Shown here: positions 1-11,678 of the stretch, in pieces | How positions within the stretch are numbered: the first letter of the stretch is position 1 | Layout: every line of letters begins with the position of its first letter | Origin: Convolutriloba macropyga | Taxonomy: Eukaryota | Reading direction: 5' to 3' | DNA: 64,000 nt | Assembly (NCBI RefSeq): GCF_964194025.1 | Contig: NC_134468.1 | Span: 72,974,001-73,038,000, forward strand | The notes under the pieces: model-generated | The model's database searches: none | Told to the model about the DNA's origin: nothing | What the model saw: the letters and a program-made list of their open reading frames with translations, nothing else | Position numbers and translations under genes: made by a program

Positions 1-3000
1 TATCAGATCAGGTTCATTTTAATTTGTTTTTGCAAAGAGTTTATTTAATTGTAATTCCGTGAATTAATTCGCAAAAAGGTGTAACCAAATATATTCGGAG
101 AAAAAAGCAGTTTAGTGTATCCGCCTTGAGCAAACAGGATTCTATCCCTACTAAAACTACACTCACTGCTTGCCCCAATTCTTATAGAGATTGACTAGAC
201 ATTCAAATCGTTCTGAGCCTAAAGTAATCCAGACAATGTCCTATGAGGAGATCAAAATCCAGAACTTGGACACTGATAAAAAATATTTTCAGGCTGAGAT
301 GCCAAAAGGAAACCAGTATTTCCAGGCGCCCCTGGCGCGTTCATCTTCGGCCTGGGCTTACTTGATTTCGTCTGGGAACTTAACCTGGATTAGCAAGGCT
401 TTGTGCTCTAATCAGACTATCACCCAGCATTTACCCCATTATCGGAGACTGTGCGAACCAGATATTGAACTCCGATGACACTTTCATAAAACATATGAAG
501 AAAATTTGAAATTTGGATAGTACATGCATGTCTGGCTCGCAATTTTTAAAAACAAAAGAGCGCTAAGGCGCTAGTGAAAATGGCAGACGTACCAAAATAT
601 AGAAAATTTACTGCTGGCCAATCACAATTGAGAAAATAGGAATATTGTTTTCCGATTGGCTGATTGCTCAACATATTCTCTGCGTTTTAAAATAGGATAT
701 GCGTGTTAACGTAAAATTGCTCAGAAATTGCGATAAGCCGGAATAGAATAATTATACTTTTTTTGGGGAAACTGGTCTCACGTTCGGTTGTGATAGATTT
801 ATATCAAGTCCCACGGGCCGCTGAGGCATGACCATGGCCCGCGAGACATGGCCAGATGCGGCAAATATTATAATCTAGCATCAGGCTATGTCCGATTTAG
901 GCTAATTGAACGCATAAAGGAACAGTGTTTTAAATTTCTCAACCAATCACATTCGTTGGAATTTCTACATTTTGGTACGCCTATTTGTTATGACGTCACG
1001 GAACACCAAAGATTGCTGAGAGAATATATTAACTGATACCTGTTTGATAGTGGGTGTTGCCATTTGAGTTCCTTAGTCAACGCAGAAAAGTATCCAATAA
1101 ATATGTTTCAATTGAGTGAGGGTGCTTTTGGCTTTTCAAGCTTCTTTGTTCAAAAAATTTGGCTCTTCATTTTTTAAGCGAAAAGTTCCATCAATATAAT
1201 ATTTCAAGAATGCAACTAGTTATACATATTCATTTCAAACAAGCTAATCCCAAATCATTTGTGGTAATTGCAAGCGTGCCGATAAAGTAATTTTTTAATA
1301 TTATTATTATTATAAGCTCAACTATAAAATTTTTTTCAGGACCTGTGTTCAAAACATTGCAATCACTTATGGTTGCAGTTTTTCGTTTCCATGTCTTTCC
1401 AAGGCAAATCAATATGCACTGCAATCATCATCTTTTTTGAACTTTCCAATATAGTCCTTCCAAAATATACTTTAGTTAACATTAACAATATTATACAAAT
1501 CAATTAAAAAAATGTTTTCTCTTTTAGTTATAATGAAACAATCTTATTAGGAGCTTAATTTTTCATACTTATGACGTTGCAGAGGAGTGTTTTAATTCTC
1601 TGTAATAATGGCAAACATTTCCTCTGCGATCCCTGAAATAGGTTCACTGGAATTAATTGGTGGTAAAAAAAATCCAATGAAAACATACTTTTTTCATTAC
1701 AAAATTATGTGTATCACCATTAAGCTTGATGTAGCCGAAAACAAAAAAAACAACAATATTGTGGCGTTGAATTGATGCAGAAAAAGAAACCAACACTGCA
1801 AAGACATTTTATGTCGCTTTGCTTGTCAGCAGTTGAGTATCAATATACAATAAACTTGAAATATTTCATTTTTCATGAAAAAGTTTTTAAAGTAGTCATT
1901 TTGACTTGGTAAGCATCCCCAAAGCTTTTGAAGAAGTTTTGCTTTGTCAGGTATACCACTCAGTTACGCGAGAAAGAAGACTGCACAGTAATTAGTATTA
2001 AACAGTTATTCAAACTGAGTTACTTGTAAAAGTGTAAGACAACGTGATAAAAACAGAAAAAAAGTTGTAAAATTGAATTAGTAGTTTAAGAGAATTCAGA
2101 AAGAGTTTTACTGAAAAGGAGGTTCTTTTATGATTGAATTGAGTTTATTTAGCTACCTGTTCACGAATTGTTGTAATTTTCTGTATGTATTGATCAAACC
2201 GTTCTTCTGAAGATTTCGTCTATTTTTAATTTGAAAAAGAGTGTTCACCTCGAAAGAAAATGGGATATTTCCCCCAGTCTTATATTTAAGTACCCCTTCC
2301 CCATCCACCCCCTTCAAAAATAATTTTTGACTCCCTTCTGAACAGTTCTGAAGCCCGTAACTTCGAAAAGTGCAATAAAACACGTTGGTGTTTGCATGTG
2401 CAGTGCTTGAGCATTTTTCACGTATTAGTTTTAAACTGCCGCTCTGATAATACTTTCTAAATGCCATTTCACATGTAATCATACCTAACCATTCAAATAC
2501 TTACACAGTTTTTAAACATATACTAATGGAGGTGCCTAATTCAGTGGGAGGGGGCGAAAAAAGGTTGAGAAAATGTCAAATAGAGCAACAAAAATTTTTG
2601 ATTTGTTAGATTACCGAATTATTTCACAGCCAAATTGCGTTCTAAAGTTAACGGTTCTCTGATGAAAGTTGAAATTTTTTTGAGTATCAAAGCTTTTCAA
2701 GATTTGTAAAAACTTCTTACTCTCGTTCCTGTAACGCATTTAGTAGTGGTAGCTAAAGTGGACTGACGAACAGCAGGATTTTAATTGAAAATTTCAAAAA
2801 ACAGTTTAAAAATTTACTGAAATTACCTCATTAAGCCAAATTTTTATAGTGAAGCTCATTAATAGTTGTCTGGAATCTAGACTCAATTCTTTCAAGATTG
2901 TTTCTTATGAAAAACGAAAAAAATGTGCACGATATTGCAAAACTTTGCAATATAAATGAAATAATTAGGTTTTAGTTAGATAGAGAATTTTTTCCTGCCT

Positions 3001-3352
3001 TCCAACAAAAATTTCGTGAATTAAAATAGGATTGTGATTTATATCTTATATCCTAAATACCTTATAAGTTTTCTGTGAGATAAATCAATAATTTCCGACT
3101 CAATATAACTACACAATTTGAGCTAAAAGATTTCGATTAGTCAAATAGCTTTTGATTTTAGTCTAATAGTAGCTTCCGATCCATAGCAACGTAAGACTTC
3201 AAACTCTGTATTTGAAATTGAGATACCGATTAGCTGTTTTGTGACCAACAAATAAATCCTGTAAATTTTCATCAAAATTTTGAATTGTTTGATTTTGAAA
3301 ATAAATTGAAGATGAACTCGCTTAAATTTGAGTTTGTTAAATTCTTGGAATT

Positions 3353-4265
3353 CCCTAGTGATGAGCGGATTCAAATCTTGCAAGAATCTTGCAAGATGAT
3401 TCAAAACTTGCAAGATTCTTGCAAGAATCTTGCAAGATATCAATCAAGGCCAAAAAATAAATCTGGGTACAAGTGTTTTAGGAAACATCTTTGAAGCAAG
3501 TTTTTGTTTACTGAACAAGTTACGAAGCCTAATTCAATGAAAAAAAATAGCCAGGATTCAAAATCTTGCAAGAATCTTGCAAGAATCTTGCAAGACTTTG
3601 AATTCCGCAAAAAATATTTATGTGTTTTTGGTAGCTAAAACTAACTGAAAACCAAATATCATGACTTATATCAGAATTCTTGATCAGCAAAACTGAAAAT
3701 AAATGACTTTTTTCGTCAACGCCTTTTGAATGTGAAATCTTGCAAGAATCTTGACATTTTAAAATGTATATTTATTTGATTGGGTGCTTTATTTTGTTTT
3801 ATTTTGGAGAGAGCTTTTTGAGCCAGGTAAATTTACCTAGTGCATTGCTCAATTCTCCTATAATTGTTTTGTGTAACTCCGCCACTGCCGGTCCCAAGCC
3901 CGGAATGCAAAAGGAGGAGGGTAAAAAAAACAGATCATACTGGAAAATCTCAAAAAGTCGGTTCTTAGCTTGACTTCGAGAAATTTCCGACAGAAATTAG
4001 CTATTTCATCATTGCCATTGTCTTATTCAGCGTCATCATTCCTGCAGGTGAGAAAAAAAATGGATTTAAAATCTTGCAAGATTCTTGCAAGATTGATTCA
4101 TAATCTTGCAAGAATCTTGCAAGTTGAATTCAAATCTTGCAAGAATCTTGCAAGATGGATTCAAATCTTGCAAGAATCTTGCAAGATGCTTGCAAGAAGT
4201 ATGCATTCCCTTGCAAGATTGCTTGCAAGATTCTTGCAAGATTATAAATTCTTCGATCACTAGGG
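3353..4265. mobile_element. Non-autonomous DNA transposon with CCC...GGG termini and TCTTGCAAGA subterminal repeats (CMC/EnSpm-like)
   Basis: Perfect 10-bp TIR ccctagtgat / atcactaggg with TT on both flanks. More than 20 copies of the palindrome (t)cttgcaag(a) cluster near both ends. Confidence 0.8.
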
Positions 4266-4741
4266 TTGCGTCCTGGGGGAGTTGATTTGTTTTAAACAAA
4301 CATTTCTCAGCAGGCGATACTAGATTAACATAGGAACAGAGAAAAAAGAAACGAAATTGAACAGCAGAACATTGCGGAGGTCTAGTTCAGTTTGAGGAAC
4401 ATGATGAACACATATGATATGGCAGCTACAAGAAATGAGCACACTGTTACTTCAATCAGAATGTATCCGAAATATATGTGGCTCCCAATTTTGTCACTCT
4501 TGTACACACTTCCCACTTTTGAATCCATGTATGTCCTCAGGTCTGTGTCGTTGTCAAACATAAATTGTATCCACACAAAGTCCGTCAAATCAAGCTGAAA
4601 CAATAGTGCTCTGCTTAGAAAAGTAAATCTAGTATTTTTTGTTCACATTTTCCATGTGTTATATCTACGACAATGCTCAAATGAAATTTTTAAAATTTTT
4701 CTCAGCACATCCGCAATTGTTTTATCGAGTCAATGATTTTC

Positions 4742-4867
4742 GGGTCTTTCCCATTATACCCCCCCCCCCCAAAGCTTAGTGGTCAGATAACCTATAGCCC
4801 CCCATCATGGTAATTATACTATAATAGGGGGGCTATAATTTCATGGGGGGTATAATGGGAAATTCCC
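4742..4867. mobile_element. ~125-bp MITE (GGGTCTTTCCCATTAT family)
   Basis: TIR gggtctttcccattata / tataatgggaaattccc. Homologous copies at 29318-29441 and 29866-30008. Confidence 0.85.
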
Positions 4868-5021
4868 TGATTTTCTATCAGCTCAATAAACAAAATCAGC
4901 AAAATATTATAACTTAAGTTTGCGCAGAATGCGTTTAGAAGTTGCAGATCTTGTCTTTGTGTCTCTTCTTCATACGCACCAGATTTTAGTGGTTTAGTAC
5001 ATCTCATTCACTCTAAATAAT

Positions 5022-5137
5022 GTATAGGTAAATTTACCTGAACAGTGTGCAGGTAAGGCCAAGTGCAGGTAAAATTTACCTGCACAATTTTCCCCGGAAT
5101 TGCTTACCTGCACATTATTCAGGTAATATACCTGCAA
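5022..5137. repeat. Cluster of palindromic (tgc)aggtaa..ttacct(gca) motifs
   Basis: Several aggtaa / ttacctg motifs in both orientations within ~115 bp. The same motif occurs at 3825-3838. Confidence 0.6.
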
Positions 5138-5456
5138 TTTTTTTTGTGATTTTAAGGTATCAATTTGAAGGAAAATTTTTACAGGAAAACTGAGTTTGAA
5201 AATAAAATTCGTAGCTTTTCTTTTCAGATAGCAAAGACAATTCCATAAAGCTTCCCTATGATTTTTCCAAAGCTGGACTGAAGTGAACAAAAAATTTAAA
5301 ATATTTATCATTAACCAATTTTCATTTGCTGCTGATTTACACAAAAAATGAGTTCTAAGAAATGAGTTCTAAGTCCACTGCAAAAACAATGAATATCTAC
5401 AAAAAGACAAAAATTAAAAGCGGCCCTTAATTAAAAATAATAATAATTAAAAATCG

Positions 5457-5865
5457 GTTCTCTTCTGCTATTGCCCCCCACGTGCATTTGCACCCCCATT
5501 TATACATGTTACAGCAAATTGGTTGAATTTCATACAATTACATAAACACTTATATACAAACGGCATATACCATTTAATTATGCTGCGAAGTTTTGAAATT
5601 AAGACGCATACAGTTACTGAACTTTGCTTATAAGCAAACGAAGAGTAATGCTTGTTTTTAATTTTTTTGCGTCTTTCTTTCGCAGGAATAGCTTTATGGC
5701 ACTAATTTTTTTGACAACCGGAAACAAAAACTCATCCATTTGTCTACCGGTACGGGAATTCGTTATGAGTGACATAAGGGATCTCTAAGGACCAAAAAGT
5801 ACATATTTGGGGGGGGGTTGCAAATAGACTGACTACATAAGCGGGGGGCAATAATAGAAAAGAGC
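5457..5865. mobile_element. MITE-like element with imperfect ~23-bp TIR
   Basis: gttctcttctgctattgcccccc / ggggggcaataatagaaaagagc, with an inner pair tttgcaccccc / ggggttgcaaa. Confidence 0.6.
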
Positions 5866-6039
5866 ATAAAAAATCTACTTTCAAACAAAGTGGCTGACAC
5901 CTACAGACTTATCGAAAAAACAGAGTATTTGTGAGTGTCGTACATTTTGACAATTCGCTAACAATCCGCCTGTAATTATTAGCTAAATTAGAAATTACTC
6001 AATAAAAGATTTCAACCACAGTACATAGATTAGAAGCTC

Positions 6040-6484
6040 TATCATACACAATCAATATTGTGTACTCGATTTGCGATCCAAATCACTGTCAGATTTTCCG
6101 TTGTGCTATCTTGCGAGGCGAGTGCATTTAACACCATTTTGAAATTGAATTCGCCTAGCGAATCTCATATCTTTCAATTATCTACTTTACTTGATGAGTA
6201 AACACGATTGTCAGATAATAAGTAAAATTGAGCAACTGATCGCGAGATGCCAAATGAGAAAAGTGAAAGTTAACTGAAAATGGGTCGGTAAAAGTCACAA
6301 CACACATAAAGAATATATATCCCGATGAGGGAAAGAGGACAGCAGACTAACAAATTAATATCTGAGAATACTATGCGAACTTAAGATGACTTCTACTACA
6401 TGTCCTTCAGGATTAGGTACAATCAAAAAATAAGTACACCGTATAGAAATTTCAATTCACTAAATTAAATTAGTTTGTACAACA
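6040..6484 (-). repeat. 3' LTR (445 bp)
   Basis: Direct repeat of 16541-16969 and 18569-19013. Starts TGTTGT on the - strand immediately after the polypurine tract. The far terminus is mutated (TA on + instead of TG). Confidence 0.9.
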
Positions 6485-6497
6485 TTTCCCCATTTTG
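6485..6497 (-). promoter_or_regulatory. Polypurine tract (PPT)
   Basis: The - strand reads aaaatggggaaaa directly before the TG of the 3' LTR. Confidence 0.8.
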
Positions 6498-6699
6498 ACA
6501 AAATAAAAAAGTGCACAACTGAGAAATTTTTAATAACAATATTGGTATAAATTTAGTACTTAATGAAGCGTTTTATAATTAAAAACAATATATTTACTAG
6601 TTATGATAGGTGTTGATAAAAAATAATATAACAAAATTAAAAATCTTTCAAGTTTTATTGAAAGTCATTCTCGTCGTTAAATAAATCCTCATTGGGATT

Positions 6700-9600
6700 C
6701 TGATATCCAGGTCGAATGCGGGGGTTGGTTGGCGACGATGACTGCCAAATTATATGGATTAAAGATGAGTTCAACTTGAGCGGCGGAAGTTGCAATTCTT
6801 TGTACAACTGAAATTTGTACTGACTCAACGTCACCAGCTCTTCTTTTTCGCCGTGGCTGCATCAGATTGGGTGGAAAAGAACTGGTCAAACTGTCATACG
6901 AACCGTCATTACCGAAGCCGAAAACTTTTGAGTTTTATTGTGTCCTTTTTGACGTTTTTGGCTAAGCTTGTTGAGGAGCCTCTTTAGGTGCTGAAATAAA
7001 TGGTAGTTGTAGTTCTGGGGTTTTGCTTGTGGGTGGTGCTGCAATTTATAGCTGTGAAGTTATGCTTTGAAGCACCACCCTTGTTGGGGGTGCTGCAATT
7101 AATAGCTGTGAAGTTATGCTTTGCGGCACTGGATTGGTGGAATCTTTAGCAGGTGTGATTTGCGTGCGACAGCTAGTACATTTTTCGTATTCACTTCGGG
7201 CGGTCCAGGATAGGCCGGGATCTTAGGCTTTCTCAATCGCTTGGCACGATGAATATTTGATCAGTTCGATGAAACGCCACTTGCATTGTCGCGTTTACAA
7301 TATTTCTTCTTACTATCGCCCTTTTGTACCCGCGTAAATTATTTTGCGTGACTCAATGATTTTAGCTTCAGTAGATTTCTCCAGAATAAGATGTCCGCGT
7401 CTATTGATGTATTCAGTCAACTTGGTCTTTCGTTCGTCTTGTGTTCCGATCGTTGCAATATTGCTATTGCAAACAGTTGCGTCTAATTTTCCCGGCTCTG
7501 AGATGACTAAAGTATGCTGATCAGTTTACCGAACCAAGGAACCGGGGGCTAATACCTCGTAGAAGCTATAGAGATTCTTCTTCGACCGCTTGTTGTGGTG
7601 ACTTTTTCGGGCAATGTTTATGCGCAATGCTGATCCTAGGAGGGGAATTTCTCTGTGAAGTTTTGCCGAGCGAATGACACGAAGCTCATTATCGTTTACA
7701 TTCCGTTCTTGAGTTTGTTCCTTTTGTGTCGCCTTGCACATGTTTTTTCCACCTGATCGTTACTTCAAAATTGTCCCCGTTGTTCTCGGGTAGCAGTTCA
7801 ATTGGGGTTACGGTTTATTCATCTAAATAGTGATTTATAGTTTTTTCATAGCCTAAATCAGAATATTTAGGTATTGAAATGATTTTGCTAAGCGGAATGT
7901 TAGCACGACAAACAAAAAGAGATTGTAAAGGCAAAATCCGAGTAGTTTTATGTTTACATATGCGAAGCTGGTACAACATTGGTTTAAGTGCTGCTTTAAT
8001 GATGGACGAAATTGGGTCTTTCGGTGCTTCTTCTATACACGCAAGGCATTGTTTTATGGTACTAATAAGTCTTTCTACTAAAACGATGGCCGGTGATCAA
8101 TTGCTGGGGATGGAATTAGGTTTATATTACTTTTTATACAAAAGTGTTTTACTTGGTTACATGAGACGACGAGCTTGGTCGATTCTTAAGGATCGTGAGA
8201 CTCCGTGAATTTGCATATAGTTATCTATGAAGTCAATTACATTTGACGCGTTTGCATTTTCAAAATTTTCGGCAGACGGACATTTAAAATAACTATCCAT
8301 GGATGTTAAAAAATAAATTTCATAGGAACAATACATGGTTTATCGGTTTAAAATTGCTTAGCGGGTGTAATTGATTTCAAATTTTTAACGATTGCGGTGC
8401 AAAGCTTGTTCTCTATTGAGTGAAAAAGCAAATCCCTGTTCGTGTATGGTCACCACCACTCTTCGGCCATACAAACCAATGCCTAGCTGCCTGGGTGACT
8501 AGGGCGGAGATCTTCTATTAGGGCTTCTTTCAAGGCATTTGGTATGGTCACCTTCTCGTCCATACATACACGGCCGCTACTGACATAAAGCTCATGCGCC
8601 AATAACTATGCAAGTATGGATTGAGCCGCTTTAGCCTTTCTCGTCAGATCTGCTGATGCCTTCTCGGACTTCCTTTAGCACAGCATATTTGCTCGTCAGA
8701 GTAGCGCTAACGCTCTTGTTGAAACTCTTTTCAACCACTTTATCAAATGACGGGACTCGGGGCTGTCCATTAGAGAGCTATTGATGTTAGAAGTTTAGGG
8801 TGATTGGAGAGGTGTGTTTTTCACTGTGTCTGGTGTGAAAGACACGCAGAGCGAAGTACTGCATGATGTTCTCGAAGTAGATTTGCCTCATGAGAGTTGG
8901 CTCATGTTGGTGGAAGTGTGAGCTGAATTTATTTAAGTATTGACCGACTGAATTGAAGATTGAGAATGGGCAAAAAGCGGCTATTAATTGTTTTTCAATT
9001 GAGCACGTGAAGTATTTAAAGAACTTGATTTTTTTAGTGGTAATTAGGGAAGGAATGTGTGACTGAGACCTGTTTGACAGATTAGATTGTTTAAATTCAT
9101 TGAAATTTAGCGGATTTTGATAAGCGAGAGACGCTTGATTGGTATTTCAGAAATTCTCAAAAATTGGTATTTGAGCTTCATATTGTAGTGTAGAAAGAAT
9201 AGTATTTGTACCATGCGATGCAATGAAGGATTATTTGGTTGTAAAATAGTGTGAAATTCAAATGAGGTATTTGCGGAATGATTATTATGAGATTGTATAA
9301 TAAGAGTGTATGAGTTTCGCTAGGTGGGTGTTAATTGAATTTGAAAAAAGCGTACTTCATGATCCTTATCAAAATAAGAGTGGTTAGATGTAATCAATTT
9401 TGGAGTACTATATCGCGTGGTGATTGGTAAAGTATTTTGAGATAAATGTACCTGCAGTGCAGAATCTATGTTCAATATATGATCATTATGGTTTGGTTTG
9501 TTTAGTTATGTGTCTTTGCATATCAAGTTTATCGGCTAAAAATTTATTCAGTTGAAAGGCAGAAATAATTTCTTCTTTTTGGACTAATTTTGCATCCGTT

Positions 9601-11678
9601 TGTATTCTAGATGTAGTGGCAACTGAAATTTCTGCGTCAAATTTGGCAATATTTATTGCTAGTTGATATGGATTACAAGATATACAAAATACTAGGCCCA
9701 CCTTCGCCCCGGGCAAATGTTCTATTTTAAATTGGTGACAGAAGATTGACAATCTTGATAAACGGATTTTCTAAGATTTGTTGGACCGCTTTTTTTAAAC
9801 TGAAAGGAGAGCTCGATGGTCGGTTATGATTGAAAATCCTTTTTAATAAAGGTAATTTTTGAATTATTCTATGGACCAGACTACTCTAAATGATTCTAGC
9901 TGATTAATAACGTAACTTTCTTCATTATTATATGAAAATCTAAAGGCGAATGATATTGGCTTCCAGCCATTAACCGTCAGTTGTTCTAATGCTGTTCCGA
10001 AACCGGAACAATACGCATCGTATTTTGTGAGTGTTTCGAGTTGCAGATTATAGTGAGTGTTTTCTGTATGATTTAATAGCATTAAAATGTACAGTGCGTT
10101 CGTCGGTCTAAATGTATTTGGTTGATTTACCGAGTAGAGATCGTAAAGGATGGCATAGTTGGGCTAAATAAGGGATAAATTTACTAATAAAAAGGACAGA
10201 GCCTAGAAAATTTATTGTTTGAAGTGTAGTAGGAGGTTGAAGTGTAAGAATTGCAGATGTTCTAGACTCAAGTGGCGATGTTCCAGTTTGAGTGATTTTA
10301 TAGCCTAACCACAAAATTTCTTATTTGGCGAACTGACATTTGGGTAAATTGATGCCAAGATTGTCTGCATCTAATTTTTTAAGACAATTTGTTACAAGTT
10401 TAAAATGAACTTATTCAGATCCTTTACTTACAATGAGAAGGTCATCAAGGAAACAAAAAGTATTTTCGAGGCCGATGAGCGTATAATCCATGGCTTTTTG
10501 GAACTCGGCAGGCATATCGGTAAGTCCACAAAAACAGGTTTTAAACCGATACGTGCCTGTCATATCACCACTGATAATATTGAAAATACAGTGTTTAGCA
10601 GTGTCGGGATGAAGATTTGACTGGCCATAGGCATATCTAAGGTCTATGGTAGAGAAAAAATATCGCAGGTTCTGTATTAAAAACTGTATCAAATTGTGAT
10701 ATAGGATCTATAAGTGTTTGGATATTTGGCACCTGGTACTTGTACTTGTGCATAGATTTATTAAGAATTATTGAGTCTAAAGCTAATTTTAAAGTTTGAT
10801 CTCTTTTGACTGTAATAACAATTGGAAAAAGAAAAAATTGATCGGAACAACTATTGTGGTTTTTCTCTTTGCCCTTCCTTGAGTGGTTTTGTTATTTTAT
10901 TGTTAACTTTGTCTTCTAAATTAATAGACAGTCTTCTACCTTTTTCATGTTTTGGAAAATGTGTTCCTATGAGTGTTTGGAAAGGACATTGAGTAGTGAT
11001 ATTGTTCATCATACTACCTTCGACGCAGTTCAACGTTTGGGTGATTGATATGCCAAGGGCTCCAAACAGGTCTCTATCAATGAACGGTTTGAGGCCGCCT
11101 CTAATAACAACGAAATCAGCATCTTCAAATCGCCAGTACTCTCTACTGGCGTCTGCATCATGCCGATGATAGGTATAGGTTCTTTCGCTAAAGTTTTGAG
11201 TTCTTTACGAGGTACCATCGTCAACGAGGGTGGAGTTGTTACTGACTTCAGCGGAAAGTGTTTCATTTAAAATGCTGCATACAATCCCCGAACTGATGAA
11301 GAGACCCACCTTTTTGTTTCCAATTTAAAGAGTCGTGTTTTCCGGTTCTTTTTGTGCGGTATTACTTGCAAAGCTGGCCGCCATGTTTTCCTCTTATCTA
11401 TCGTTTTCTGATTCACATTCTGGATTGTAGTTTGAATTTTTAATAGTGTTGAAAAAGGTATACGCTGTAGTTTCATCAATAGAGTTCACATTGGGTCGGG
11501 AATGTTTGGATGAACTAGATTTTGGCTTGCGACACACACGAGAAAAATGTTTTGTAGACCACAATTGCTACATGTTTTGCCTTTAGCAATACATCTGTCT
11601 CTATGAATCGCTAAGCAAGTGAGGTCACTCTTTCGGTACAGTTGATTCGCCCGTCGTGTTGATTTTTCAAATTTTTGG
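6700..11678 (-). pseudogene. Gypsy pol relic, copy B, plus pol C-terminal tail
   Basis: RT FSTIDLRYAYGQ...GLTDMPAEFQKAMD...CFLDDLLIV (10411-10692), RNase H (9864-10082) and integrase (about 8000-8600). 7502-11678 is a near-identical tandem copy of 11679-15745. Confidence 0.9.

Noticed and set aside
300-478. Minus-strand GSHSLR...RGAWK resembling tyrosine-recombinase motifs
   Set aside because: A stop follows immediately, the spacing is wrong and there are no other YR motifs. Consistent with chance.
2618-2640. ctgatga...gaaa hammerhead-like cores (also about 42445 and 46202)
   Set aside because: The required flanking helices could not be formed.
3141-4299. ORFs with SCKILAR / LQESCK repeats
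   Set aside because: These are translations of the TCTTGCAAGA palindromic repeat, open on both strands.
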